Virus record (IMG/VR): IMGVR_UViG_3300045988_084189
Span: 1 to 64,000 of that record
Origin: a virus
Length of the DNA: 64,000 nt
Direction: 5' to 3' (one strand)
In this document: positions 8,986-18,868 of the stretch, one piece after another
Position numbering within the stretch: the stretch's first letter is position 1
Layout: each line of letters begins with the position of its first letter
The notes under the pieces: generated by a model
Told to the model about the DNA's origin: nothing
What the model saw: the letters and a program-made list of their open reading frames with translations, nothing else
Databases searched by the model: none
Translations under genes and position numbers: made by a program

Positions 8986-10107
8986 ATGGCACTAACAACT
9001 CCTATTTTATATACTCAAGTGGCATTTGATGCCTCTAAAGACCAAGCATTTAAATTCAATGTAATTGGTGGCGACCAAGTAACAGGCGCGACTATCACGA
9101 TTAAGGATAATGCGTCGTTAGTTACGGCTTATACTGGCACAAGCACCAGCTTTGCATATAGCATTACCGTGCCAGCCGGTTCATTGGCAAATGGGCATTA
9201 CTATCAGGCTAGCATTGTGACGCATAACGCGGCTGGCGAATCATCGCAACCATCTAATACGATTCAATTTTACTGCTATTCAACACCAAGTTTTGAGTTT
9301 AGCAATTTACCATCAACTCACATAATCAATAACGCTTCATATGTATTTGACGTGACGTACAACCAGACCGAAGGCGAAACGCTGAATGCGTATAGATTTG
9401 ACCTATATGATAATACGGGAATTCTCCTGTCTACATCTGGTAGCAAATATGTATCGAGTGGCGGTTTGCCTCTGACTATATCATATACATTTAGCGGCTT
9501 TGAAGATAAGACGGTATATGGCATTCAGTGTACGGGCACAACTGTAAATGGCACGTTGGTTGATACTGGTCTTGTGACCATTTCTGTACAATATGAGACG
9601 GCTCGTGGTTATTCATATCTATATCTAACAAATAACTGCGAAGATGGTAATATCACAATTGAGTCCAATGTTGTTGATATTAACGGCACGTCTTATCCAG
9701 ACCCACCTACATATGTTGGTAATACGGTCGATTTGACTGCAAGCGGCTCATACGTCAAGTGGGCAGAAGGATATCAGCTACCAAATGACTATACTATGAA
9801 AATATGGGGCAAGTCATTTAAAGCCAATACCGACCAAACAAAAGAACCGGCCAACATCGTATCTCTAGTCAATTCAAGCGGCGACACAGTGTCCATCTCG
9901 TATTGGGAAGATACTACAAAAGCATGGTATCAGATGAGAGTGCAAGACGCAAACGAATTGTATGCTTATGTTATAAAATCAGACACAATAACAAAGCCAG
10001 CTAATACCGATTATCTATTCCTATGGATTAGGTGTGTAAGCGGCTTATATGACCTAAAGATTGAGAATTTAGGCGCAGATTGGAATAGTGGGGAGGTGAC
10101 GGCATGA
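8986..10107 (+). CDS. tail/baseplate structural protein (hypothetical)
   Basis: 373-aa ORF with an AGAGGTG RBS, placed in the tail module. No motif recognised. Confidence 0.5.
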   Translation: MALTTPILYTQVAFDASKDQAFKFNVIGGDQVTGATITIKDNASLVTAYTGTSTSFAYSITVPAGSLANGHYYQASIVTHNAAGESSQPSNTIQFYCYSTPSFEFSNLPSTHIINNASYVFDVTYNQTEGETLNAYRFDLYDNTGILLSTSGSKYVSSGGLPLTISYTFSGFEDKTVYGIQCTGTTVNGTLVDTGLVTISVQYETARGYSYLYLTNNCEDGNITIESNVVDINGTSYPDPPTYVGNTVDLTASGSYVKWAEGYQLPNDYTMKIWGKSFKANTDQTKEPANIVSLVNSSGDTVSISYWEDTTKAWYQMRVQDANELYAYVIKSDTITKPANTDYLFLWIRCVSGLYDLKIENLGADWNSGEVTA

Positions 10108-11012
10108 TTGGTCTACTAGGCTATAATTTTTGTTCAGATGGCAATGCGCTTGACCCTATGCCAACAAGCGTAAATAACATTACAACGACCACGATTCAGA
10201 ACGGTATATATGACCATTTCTATGCGGGATATGATGTAACGAGTGAATATAGTCATGCTCTGCCTACTGCATGGGATTTCAATACCATCATGGATTGCAA
10301 TTTTGAGAATAATATCTCGGCTGGTAATATCGACGATTTGACAAGCAATATATCTGGTATTAAAATCAAGAGGCGCGAGAAGGGCACATTTGACTGGACA
10401 ACAATCAAGGAGATTGCCGTCAATAGCATTGATGACCTATCATTTATCTTCACGGATAATCTAGCCTCTAACTATACTCAATATGAATACGCATATGTGC
10501 CAATCACGGGCCAGACTGAGGGCAGCTATACAGTATCTGAGGTTTATTCCAAATTCAAAGGCGTATTTATTTGTGATGTGAATACAATATATAAATTCTA
10601 TGCTGATATTGAATACGGCTCAACTGATAGCGTACAAAAAATTGGCACATATGAGCCGTTTGGCAGAAAATACCCTGTTATGGTGAGCAATGGCTTACTT
10701 GGTTATGATACAGGTACGGTCAGCGCATTGATTGTTCCTAAGAATTTTTCTGAGACGCATGAATTTGACCGTCAGGCAATTACTAAAGAGCGTAATACAC
10801 TATTTAAGTGGTTGACCAATAAGAAGCCAAAGATGTTGAAGGACTGGAACAGCTCAGAATGGTTATGTATCATTACGGGCAATCCTCAGACGGACTATGA
10901 ATCAAATTATGGCATGGGCATTCAGCGTATGACGGCAGAATGGACACAAACAGGCGACCCCAAAGTAAAGGCCGACCTATATGCAAATGGGCTAATCCCA
11001 CGGGAGGATTAA
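10104..11012 (+). CDS. tail/baseplate structural protein (hypothetical)
   Basis: 302-aa ORF with ATGA stop/start overlap and a GGGGAGGTG RBS. Confidence 0.5.
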   Translation: MIGLLGYNFCSDGNALDPMPTSVNNITTTTIQNGIYDHFYAGYDVTSEYSHALPTAWDFNTIMDCNFENNISAGNIDDLTSNISGIKIKRREKGTFDWTTIKEIAVNSIDDLSFIFTDNLASNYTQYEYAYVPITGQTEGSYTVSEVYSKFKGVFICDVNTIYKFYADIEYGSTDSVQKIGTYEPFGRKYPVMVSNGLLGYDTGTVSALIVPKNFSETHEFDRQAITKERNTLFKWLTNKKPKMLKDWNSSEWLCIITGNPQTDYESNYGMGIQRMTAEWTQTGDPKVKADLYANGLIPRED

Positions 11013-11015
11013 CAC

Positions 11016-14000
11016 ATGATTAACATTGGCGCTGAGGATTATAATGTCCTCAAACAGCAATACATCAAAAAATATATACGGCTCGAATTGCTAGATTTTC
11101 AATACAATATCGTTGACGAGTTGAGCGGCAATATGACCAAGTGTTCAATCAATGTGGACTCCAATAGCGACTTGCGACGTTCATGTGACTTGGGCTTTGT
11201 GGTCACTACTAGCACATTTGATATTAAAGCCGGTAGCAAATTATGGCTAGATAAATTTGTTCGTCCTTATGTTGGCTATGAGAATATGCGTACAGGTGAG
11301 ATTCAATGGTACAATCAAGGAATCTATCTAGTCAATAACCCCCAATGGTCATATAATGCGTCAACCAATGAAATATCCATGCAAGCTCTTGACCTCATGA
11401 GCAAGCTAACTGGTCTACGCAATGGCAATCTTGAGGGTATTCCAACTAAAATCGCTAAAGATGAGAATGTGCGTGAGGCGATTATTAGCACATTAGCATT
11501 AGGCGGATTCACCAAATATATCTGCGAAGAATGTAAGACCAATGATGGCACGATTGTACCTGTCCCATATGATATTGAGATTGATGTTGGCGGTACAGTG
11601 TATGATATATTATCTTCATTGCGCGACATTATGCCTAATTATCAAATCTATTTTGATATAAATGGCGTATTTCATTATGAGCCAATTCCTCTTGCACATG
11701 ATGACCCAGTGCTGATTGATGATGATTTGTTCAACAACGTGCTAATCTCAGAAAATATCAACACAGACTTTGAGAGCGTTAAGAATTATGTAGAGGTGTT
11801 AGGGCATACATGGGATGTGGATTATTATAGCCCCTCTGATAAAACGACTGTGAATGGTGGTACAATTACACCGACATTTGCTGATTTGAAGGCACTAGAG
11901 GACGGGACGGCGGTTGGAATTACGTTACCTAGCGATATTGAGGTTAGCGGTGGTGGTGTCACATCTCTTCCTGATGGATATACGCAATTGTTTTACATTC
12001 AGTCTACTGGCACTCAGTACATTGATACGGGTTTTAAACCGTCTGGAAATAGTGGTATAGTTGTAGACTATCAGCAGGTTGGTACAATTGAATATCAAGA
12101 CCCATTGTTTGGTGCAAGACAATCAGAAAATCAATCAGCTTTTGCAATATGGTTAAGTACAAATACTACATATCCGCAATATGGTAGTGTTTATTATAAT
12201 ACAAATCCAATATCTATAAATAATAACACAAGATTGATTTATAAACTAGATAAAGGTGTCGCTAGTTGCGGTGATAAAACTGTATCTTTTGGTCAATCGT
12301 CTTTTACAGGTTCTTATAATTTGGTGTTATTTTCTTTAAATACGGCGGGAACAGTAGATACTAGACGGGCAAGAGGTAAATTATATAGTTGTAAAATATA
12401 CGACAATGACCAGATTGTTCGTAACTTTATTCCTTGTAAAAATCCTTCTGGCATTGTTGGACTATATGATGTTGTAAATTCGCAATTCTACAGCAATGCT
12501 GGGACGGGTGAATTTATTGCGGGGCCTGAAAAAGTTGATTTGCCAAGTGGATATACACAGCTTGAATATATCCAGTCGAGTGGAACGCAACGCATAAATA
12601 CCAATTATAATCCGACACAAAATACAAGGGTTTTAACAAAAGCATATTTTAACGCAATTAGTTCTTCAACAACTAGCTATTTTTTTGGCGCAGCAACATC
12701 ATCAAAAAATGCGGCGTATGAATGTGGTAGTGCAAATAGTAAAATTGGTATTGTGCATAATACCACAGAATCGCAATTTACATTCCCATCCACAAATCCA
12801 TTTACTATTGATTACAATAAAAACGTAATATATTTTAATGGCAGTCAAGTTGGTACTTTTGCCGCTTCTACATTTACGAGTTCACATACGCTATATATTT
12901 TTGATACAAATAGAAATAATGCGGCGTATCGGTCAATTCCTGCTATCACTTTATATTCATTTAAGATTTATACAAATGATGTTTTACAGAGGGATTATGT
13001 ACCATGCAGGAACCAATCAAATGAAATTGGGTTGTATGATGTAGTAAATAATATATTTTATGGAAATGCAGGAAGTGGGGCTTTCGTAGCTGGACAAGAA
13101 GTTATAATGTCGCCAATACAGCAAGATAATAAAATAACTATTAACTATTTGGGTTCTAATGATGTTGTCGATATTGACGATGAGCCAGTTCAATCATTAA
13201 CTAAGGATACAGAATGGATTTTTCAGTATGTTTCTGGCCCAATATTACCAAGTGGCTATACTCAGCTTGAATACATTCAAAGCTCTGGTTCACAATATAT
13301 TAATACCGGGATTATTCCAAATCAGGACACACGTATTATCATTGTTGTAGATTGGCCTATAACTGGAGCATCTTGGCTATATGGGGCCAGAATTGCAGCA
13401 GGCAATAATTCCTTTGGTTTTTTACAAGTTGGTGGTCAATATTATAGATTCGACTATGCCAACAGTATGAACGAGCTAAGTGTTAAACCGTCTGGGAAAT
13501 TCACTATTGATGCAAACAAGAACAAATGTTATATCAATGGAGATTTAGTGTCAACTGCTACATATACTACATTTAGCACTCCTGGTAGTATGTATTTATT
13601 TAGTAGTAATAATAATGGGGCAGCTGGAACTGGCGCATCTGCTAAAATATATAGCTGTATGATATATGACAACAATACGCTTGTGCGCAATTTTATTCCG
13701 TGCAAAAATAATGATGGAACAGTTGGGCTATATGATACGATGAATAGTATATTTTATCAGAATGCGGGTTCTGGTACATTTACTGCTGGCCCAGATGCGG
13801 AACCAGAAGAGGACAAAGGCGGTCCATTCTGGCGTTTCATGGGGCATCAGCAAGCTCAAGCAATATCCTACGACAATAACCCGTCCAGCCCATTCTATGT
13901 AGGCGACCCGATTGGCTCTAGCTCAGTAGGTCGCATTCGTATTGTGTTATATGGCGGAGAATATGATAATATCTATTCAGACGATCTAGCCAAGCAACGA

Positions 14001-14231
14001 GCAGATTTTGAAATATACCAGCGGTCAAGATTGAATGACAGTATATCAATGGAGACAATACCAATCCCATGGATGGATGCAAATATTGTTATATCTCACA
14101 GATTTGGTCAAAAACAAGAACCAAGCAAATATATCGTTAAATCGTTTAGTGTGGATTATGCAACAGGCGGCACAATGACGATTAACGCTATTTCTTGGTA
14201 TCCATATTATGAAGAAAGCGAGGTGGTTTAA
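11016..14231 (+). CDS. baseplate/receptor-binding protein with three tandem lectin-like modules
   Basis: 1071 aa with a GGGAGGA RBS. Three internal modules each start LP(D/S)GYTQL(F/E)YIQS(T/S)G(T/S)Q and end ...IY(D/T)N..(I/L)(V/Q)R(N/D)(F/Y)(I/V)PC(K/R)N...GLYD..N..FY.NAG(T/S)G.F.AG. Confidence 0.6.
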   Translation: MINIGAEDYNVLKQQYIKKYIRLELLDFQYNIVDELSGNMTKCSINVDSNSDLRRSCDLGFVVTTSTFDIKAGSKLWLDKFVRPYVGYENMRTGEIQWYNQGIYLVNNPQWSYNASTNEISMQALDLMSKLTGLRNGNLEGIPTKIAKDENVREAIISTLALGGFTKYICEECKTNDGTIVPVPYDIEIDVGGTVYDILSSLRDIMPNYQIYFDINGVFHYEPIPLAHDDPVLIDDDLFNNVLISENINTDFESVKNYVEVLGHTWDVDYYSPSDKTTVNGGTITPTFADLKALEDGTAVGITLPSDIEVSGGGVTSLPDGYTQLFYIQSTGTQYIDTGFKPSGNSGIVVDYQQVGTIEYQDPLFGARQSENQSAFAIWLSTNTTYPQYGSVYYNTNPISINNNTRLIYKLDKGVASCGDKTVSFGQSSFTGSYNLVLFSLNTAGTVDTRRARGKLYSCKIYDNDQIVRNFIPCKNPSGIVGLYDVVNSQFYSNAGTGEFIAGPEKVDLPSGYTQLEYIQSSGTQRINTNYNPTQNTRVLTKAYFNAISSSTTSYFFGAATSSKNAAYECGSANSKIGIVHNTTESQFTFPSTNPFTIDYNKNVIYFNGSQVGTFAASTFTSSHTLYIFDTNRNNAAYRSIPAITLYSFKIYTNDVLQRDYVPCRNQSNEIGLYDVVNNIFYGNAGSGAFVAGQEVIMSPIQQDNKITINYLGSNDVVDIDDEPVQSLTKDTEWIFQYVSGPILPSGYTQLEYIQSSGSQYINTGIIPNQDTRIIIVVDWPITGASWLYGARIAAGNNSFGFLQVGGQYYRFDYANSMNELSVKPSGKFTIDANKNKCYINGDLVSTATYTTFSTPGSMYLFSSNNNGAAGTGASAKIYSCMIYDNNTLVRNFIPCKNNDGTVGLYDTMNSIFYQNAGSGTFTAGPDAEPEEDKGGPFWRFMGHQQAQAISYDNNPSSPFYVGDPIGSSSVGRIRIVLYGGEYDNIYSDDLAKQRADFEIYQRSRLNDSISMETIPIPWMDANIVISHRFGQKQEPSKYIVKSFSVDYATGGTMTINAISWYPYYEESEVV
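11967..13800 (+). repeat. three tandem ~190-aa coding repeats
   Basis: Module starts are near 11967, 12539 and 13245. A ~145-nt linker separates modules 2 and 3. Confidence 0.7.
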
Positions 14232-14232
14232 G

Positions 14233-14550
14233 TTGGCTACAAATTTTCCTAACCAGACATTCCCTACCATGCAAGATATCACTGCGGCTGATGCGGCGCT
14301 AATTAAGCAATATCAGGATTATATGCAAGCTGGTAATATCAATGCGGCACAGTCTGTATTAGCCAACATTGCTAATCACGATTCTAAGATAATCACAGCC
14401 GACCTAATCAACTCTATCCTTGATACGTGTGTGGCAATTCAGAATTATTATAATGTACGATATAGCCCTGCTTATATCGTATCTGAGACGCAACCTACTA
14501 ATCAGCAACCGACCGATTTTTGGTTTGAGGTAACAGGGGTGACAGCATGA
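14233..14550 (+). CDS. hypothetical tail-module protein
   Basis: TTG start 6 nt after GAGGTGG. The track start at 14209 overlaps the upstream gene. Confidence 0.45.
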   Translation: MATNFPNQTFPTMQDITAADAALIKQYQDYMQAGNINAAQSVLANIANHDSKIITADLINSILDTCVAIQNYYNVRYSPAYIVSETQPTNQQPTDFWFEVTGVTA

Positions 14551-15011
14551 ATTACCAAGATATTCATCTTGAAGATAAGGCGTTATGGAATCAGTTACAG
14601 ACGGCATGGGAGCAGGGTGATTATACTGCTGCACTGAATGTTTTGAAGAATGCCAACTTAACTGACAAACAACTGAATGCGGCAGTTATCAACGCGCTGA
14701 CTACTGAGTTGCTTAGATTACAAAATCAAAAAGACACTGGCTTTAAACAGGATAAGATTGTGGTATCAGCTGAACCACCTGCTGACTTGGCTGATGGAGG
14801 GGTATATTTCAGGCTGATTGGGCCAACTACGGGTTATACCGTGCAGAATTCCTATTTCATTGAGATTCTACAAAAAAATGGTACTTCATATGATACCCTG
14901 AATCCATATGTATATGCAACTGATGTGCAATTACCGGTGGATTTTCAGAGTAGCGGCCAGTTTATGTCGCTAGACGCGATAATGGCTGATATGGCGGGCT
15001 TTTTTTTGTAA
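14547..15011 (+). CDS. hypothetical tail-module protein
   Basis: 154-aa ORF with ATGA overlap to the previous gene. Confidence 0.5.
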   Translation: MNYQDIHLEDKALWNQLQTAWEQGDYTAALNVLKNANLTDKQLNAAVINALTTELLRLQNQKDTGFKQDKIVVSAEPPADLADGGVYFRLIGPTTGYTVQNSYFIEILQKNGTSYDTLNPYVYATDVQLPVDFQSSGQFMSLDAIMADMAGFFL

Positions 15012-15031
15012 GCTGATAAGAGGATTTATCT

Positions 15032-16135
15032 ATGGGCAAAAATACTATATTAAAACAATTAAACGAATCAAGCACATATGATGAGCTGTATCCTACTGGA
15101 GCTGTTGATTATACCATGTTAACTGAGACTACATCTGCGGCATATGGCGTAGAGAATGGTAGTGTTAAGGATGCGCTGAATGGTCTATATCAATATATTC
15201 ATAGTTCAGATGTTGTAACAATAAAAGTGGTAGATGTTAGCAATAATCCGTTGCCAAATATTACGGCCAACGGTATTATAGATAGCCCACAAAGCGGTAC
15301 AGACGGAGTAATTAAGGGTGTGGCAGATAGCAATTCTGTTACATTGGTATCACCATATGTAGATACTATTAAAACCAAGACGGTCGACGTGTCAAAGTAT
15401 AAAAATACAACTAGACCTCTAATTGTTACTATGGACGGTGTAGCCGATGGGGCAATTGTGAGATATACTAGCTCACAAAATGTTATGTTTTCAAATAGAG
15501 TCGCCAATATTGATGTATGTTGCGTTGGAGGCGGCGGAGCTGGTGGTCGTGGCGAGAACGCATCTGCTTCGATGGGCACATTGGGCGCTGGTGGTGGAGG
15601 AGGTGGCATCACCAATTCTTTTTCTGTATCGGTCAATGTGGGAACATATTATAGTATTATCGTTGGTTCCGGTGGTGCATATACCGGAGGTAGGAACGAC
15701 GGCTCTAACAGCTCATTTGGTGGTTTAGTAACTGCTAATGGCGGCAAGGGTGTCACATTTAATCGTACTACTAGCGGTCTACTAGTTTCTGGCGGTGCGG
15801 CTGGTTCTACGGGCGCTGGTAATGGCGGCTCTGAAGACAGTGCCGGTGGAGCAAATACAACATTGTCGGAATTTAATGATGGTGTTACGTTCTACTCTGG
15901 TGGCGGTGGAGGCGGTGTCAGACTTTATTCTGGCGGTGTTGCTTCAACAAATGGTGGCGCGCCAAACGGAGCGAGTGGTGCATACGTCAACATGACGGAT
16001 CATAGAGTGGTAAAAAATGCTACTACTGCTGGAATTGGTGGTGGAGGCGGCGCTGGCGGCGACCAAATAGCAGGTGGTGTTGGCTCCTCTGGTGGCCCTG
16101 GTCTAGTAGCTATTAAAATTCACTTAAAATCATAA
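15032..16135 (+). CDS. glycine-rich tail fibre-like protein
   Basis: 367 aa. The N-terminal segment is followed by a Big/CarboxypepD_reg-like VTIKVVDVSNNPLPN, then a Gly-rich domain (CCVGGGGAGGRG, GAGGGGGGI) ending in GPGLVAIKIHLK. Confidence 0.55.
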   Translation: MGKNTILKQLNESSTYDELYPTGAVDYTMLTETTSAAYGVENGSVKDALNGLYQYIHSSDVVTIKVVDVSNNPLPNITANGIIDSPQSGTDGVIKGVADSNSVTLVSPYVDTIKTKTVDVSKYKNTTRPLIVTMDGVADGAIVRYTSSQNVMFSNRVANIDVCCVGGGGAGGRGENASASMGTLGAGGGGGGITNSFSVSVNVGTYYSIIVGSGGAYTGGRNDGSNSSFGGLVTANGGKGVTFNRTTSGLLVSGGAAGSTGAGNGGSEDSAGGANTTLSEFNDGVTFYSGGGGGGVRLYSGGVASTNGGAPNGASGAYVNMTDHRVVKNATTAGIGGGGGAGGDQIAGGVGSSGGPGLVAIKIHLKS

Positions 16136-16146
16136 GGTGGATAATT

Positions 16147-17319
16147 ATGTCAAAAAAACATATAACAATTAAAGAATTAAATAACGAGCAATCATATGAT
16201 ACTCTATATCCAAACACATCTGCAACTCAAGTCCCACTAAGCAATGCGACATCTCAACTATTTGGGCAGACCGGACTTAATACAGATGCGGCACTATATA
16301 AGATTATTGAGAAATTAAGAGCAGATAAAAAAATTACTGTTAGAGTTACAGATTCAAATGGTAATCCAGTACAAGGCGCAAAAATCAATGGGTTACTAAA
16401 CTCGCCCACTACAAGCGCAAATGGCATTGTAACCGGTGTTTTTGTGTCTGACCCGCTTACCATTATATCGCCGTATGTTGACATACAAAATGGTACTGCC
16501 AATGGTGCAGATTATGTTGGAACTATTAATGTGCTAGAAGTTGTGTTACAGAGTGTGGCTGATGGTACTGAGATACAATATACCAGTTCTACTACTGTTG
16601 CCTTTAGTCAGAATGTAGACAATATTGATATTTGCTGTGTTGGCGGCGGTGGTGGAGGATGCGGTTTACACGCTGGCGGATATTCTATGGCTGCTCCCGG
16701 AGGTGGTGGTGGAGGGATTGTCAACGCCATGGGTGTAACGCCTACTACCACAGTTAAATATACAGTTACAATTGGGGCTGGCGGCGATAAAGGAGTAACG
16801 CCTACATCTGGTGGTTATTCAATAAATCATGGTATAACTGGCGGAACAACAAGTGTAGGGAATTTATGTGTAGCTAATGGCGGTGGTGGTGGCGGTATAA
16901 ATAAAATAACATCTGGACAGTGGGTTGGTTATCCTGCCGGTGGTGTTGCAGGTTCTACTGGTTCTGGTACGGGTGGCGATTATGAGGATGTTCGCGCTGG
17001 TACTGGCAAACAGGCCGACCCGCCCCCCCCTCCATATGGCAATAATGGTACAGCAAATACAACATTGTCGAAATTTAACGAAGGGCAAGTGTTTTACTCT
17101 GGTGGTGGTGGTTCAGGTGCGGCTTATGGTGGTTCGCCAAATGGTTCAAATGGTGGCAATTTAAGTCCGATAACTCCCAATTATGGTGGTGGTGGTGGTG
17201 GAGATTTGTATTTTTATAATAGGTGGTCAGATGAGTTCGGTACATGGATAGACGAATCGCCATATCCCGGTTCAAAAGGTGGCCCCGGTCTAGTAGTTAT
17301 CCGCATCCATCTAAAATAA
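16147..17319 (+). CDS. glycine-rich tail fibre-like protein (paralog of 15032..16135)
   Basis: 390 aa with the same architecture: ITVRVTDSNGNPVQG, CCVGGGGGGCG, GPGLVVIRIHLK. Confidence 0.55.
   Translation: MSKKHITIKELNNEQSYDTLYPNTSATQVPLSNATSQLFGQTGLNTDAALYKIIEKLRADKKITVRVTDSNGNPVQGAKINGLLNSPTTSANGIVTGVFVSDPLTIISPYVDIQNGTANGADYVGTINVLEVVLQSVADGTEIQYTSSTTVAFSQNVDNIDICCVGGGGGGCGLHAGGYSMAAPGGGGGGIVNAMGVTPTTTVKYTVTIGAGGDKGVTPTSGGYSINHGITGGTTSVGNLCVANGGGGGGINKITSGQWVGYPAGGVAGSTGSGTGGDYEDVRAGTGKQADPPPPPYGNNGTANTTLSKFNEGQVFYSGGGGSGAAYGGSPNGSNGGNLSPITPNYGGGGGGDLYFYNRWSDEFGTWIDESPYPGSKGGPGLVVIRIHLK
17023..17030 (+). repeat. C8 homopolymer inside the fibre gene
   Basis: gacccgCCCCCCCCtcc encodes DPPPPPY. 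It is the longest G/C homopolymer I noticed in this AT-rich window. Confidence 0.8.
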
Positions 17320-17335
17320 AATGAGGTAATATAAT

Positions 17336-17554
17336 ATGAATTATTGTATTGTAGACGAAAATGGCATTATTACTAATATCATTATCTGCGAGGATGATGA
17401 GACGGCTAAGAGCTTAGGCGCTGTAGCCGGTTATCCAAGCGCGGCGATTGGGTCACAATATGACCCATATAATTATTATGCCCTAGACGAGCTAAAGAAA
17501 AAGGTAAATGAACAGGAAATTCTAATTAACACCCTAACCGGTGTAATTGAATAA
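17336..17554 (+). CDS. hypothetical protein
   Basis: 72-aa ORF with a TGAGGT RBS. Confidence 0.45.
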   Translation: MNYCIVDENGIITNIIICEDDETAKSLGAVAGYPSAAIGSQYDPYNYYALDELKKKVNEQEILINTLTGVIE

Positions 17555-17567
17555 GGAGGAACAATAA

Positions 17568-17897
17568 ATGAGCGCAGAACAGATTATCAATGTTATCGTA
17601 GCAGTATTGGCAGGTCTAGCAACTTGTATCCCACTAGTTCTAAAGCTAGTACAGTATGTTAAGAAGGCAACCCAAGAAAAGAATTGGAGTGGGCTACTTG
17701 ACCTAGTTATGCAGCTAATGGAACAGGCTGAAAAGAAATTTGCTGATGGCGCGACCCGTAAAGAATGGGTAATGGCTATGGTACAGACAAGCGCAGAATA
17801 TGTGCAGTATCCAATGGACGTTCAGGCTCTTAGCGAAATGATTGACCAACTAACCAATCTAACTAAGAATGTCAACGTAAAGAAGGAGACTAAGTAA
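17568..17897 (+). CDS. holin (LL-H-like)
   Basis: 109 aa with one N-terminal TM helix (IINVIVAVLAGLATCIPLVLKLV) and a charged C-terminus. It has an AAGGAGG RBS and sits immediately upstream of the lysin. Confidence 0.55.
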   Translation: MSAEQIINVIVAVLAGLATCIPLVLKLVQYVKKATQEKNWSGLLDLVMQLMEQAEKKFADGATRKEWVMAMVQTSAEYVQYPMDVQALSEMIDQLTNLTKNVNVKKETK

Positions 17898-18589
17898 TGG
17901 GCATTATGACCAATCTTGAACTTGCAAAGAAGCATGAAGAAGTAGCTAAGAAATATAAGACGATTTATGCTTGGGGCTGTTTTGGTATGCCATGTACTCA
18001 GCAGATTCTAAATGAGAAAAAAGCGCAATATCCAGATTGGTACACTAGCCGTTGGAATATGTATCAACAGAAAGTTGGCACAGGTACGTTTCTATTCGAT
18101 TGTGTAAATCTCACCAAAGGAATTCTATGGGGCTGGAACGGCAACAAGAACGCCTATTATGGTGGCGCAAAATATGCCGCAAATGGTGTGCCTGATGTAA
18201 GCGCCGATGGCATGATTGCTAAATGCAAAAACGTGTCTAGCACAAATTGGGACAAAATGGCTATTGGTGAAGGACTATGGTTACCTGGGCATTGGGGCCT
18301 ATATATTGGCAATGGTCTAGCGGTAGAATGTACGCCAGCATGGAACAACTGCGTTCAAATTACAGCTGTTGGTAATATTGGCGCAAAAGCCGGTTATCCG
18401 ACTAGAAAATGGCAGAAACACGGTAAACTACCATGGGTCGATTATGTTGAATCCGAAGCTGATAAGGAACATGAGGCAAATAAGGCTAAGGTAAAGAGCC
18501 GCTTTGGATTTGACGATAAGACAATCGAGTTCCTAGATGGCTACAAATGGAATAAGGCGCTAATGGAAAAATTAGCGACTAAGCCATGA
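17897..18589 (+). CDS. endolysin, NlpC/P60-type cysteine peptidase-like
   Basis: A Cys in FDCVNLTKG and a His in LPGHWGLYIGNG are arranged as in NlpC/P60 peptidases. It follows the holin directly. Confidence 0.55.
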   Translation: MGIMTNLELAKKHEEVAKKYKTIYAWGCFGMPCTQQILNEKKAQYPDWYTSRWNMYQQKVGTGTFLFDCVNLTKGILWGWNGNKNAYYGGAKYAANGVPDVSADGMIAKCKNVSSTNWDKMAIGEGLWLPGHWGLYIGNGLAVECTPAWNNCVQITAVGNIGAKAGYPTRKWQKHGKLPWVDYVESEADKEHEANKAKVKSRFGFDDKTIEFLDGYKWNKALMEKLATKP

Positions 18590-18852
18590 TGCGGCTTAGT
18601 TATAAGCGAAGATGGAGTAAAGGGCAGATGGCGCGGACATTGGTAATTTACTGTGTTCGCGCCATTACTTTAATTGCAATATGGGCAGCTTGCTTAAAGA
18701 CATATGCTGTTATACGTTGGGGTGAGACGACTGGATGCGACCTTAGCGATGTGCTGATATTTACAGCTACAGCATTTGGTGGCGAATTGCTCTTACTGGC
18801 ATTTAAGCGTGTCTTTGCTAAAAAGAATGAAAATCCAGATGAATATAGTTGA
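18586..18852 (+). CDS. membrane protein (possible lysis accessory)
   Basis: 88 aa with two predicted TM helices and ATGA overlap with the lysin stop. Confidence 0.4.
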   Translation: MMRLSYKRRWSKGQMARTLVIYCVRAITLIAIWAACLKTYAVIRWGETTGCDLSDVLIFTATAFGGELLLLAFKRVFAKKNENPDEYS

Positions 18853-18868
18853 TAGGATGTGATAATAT

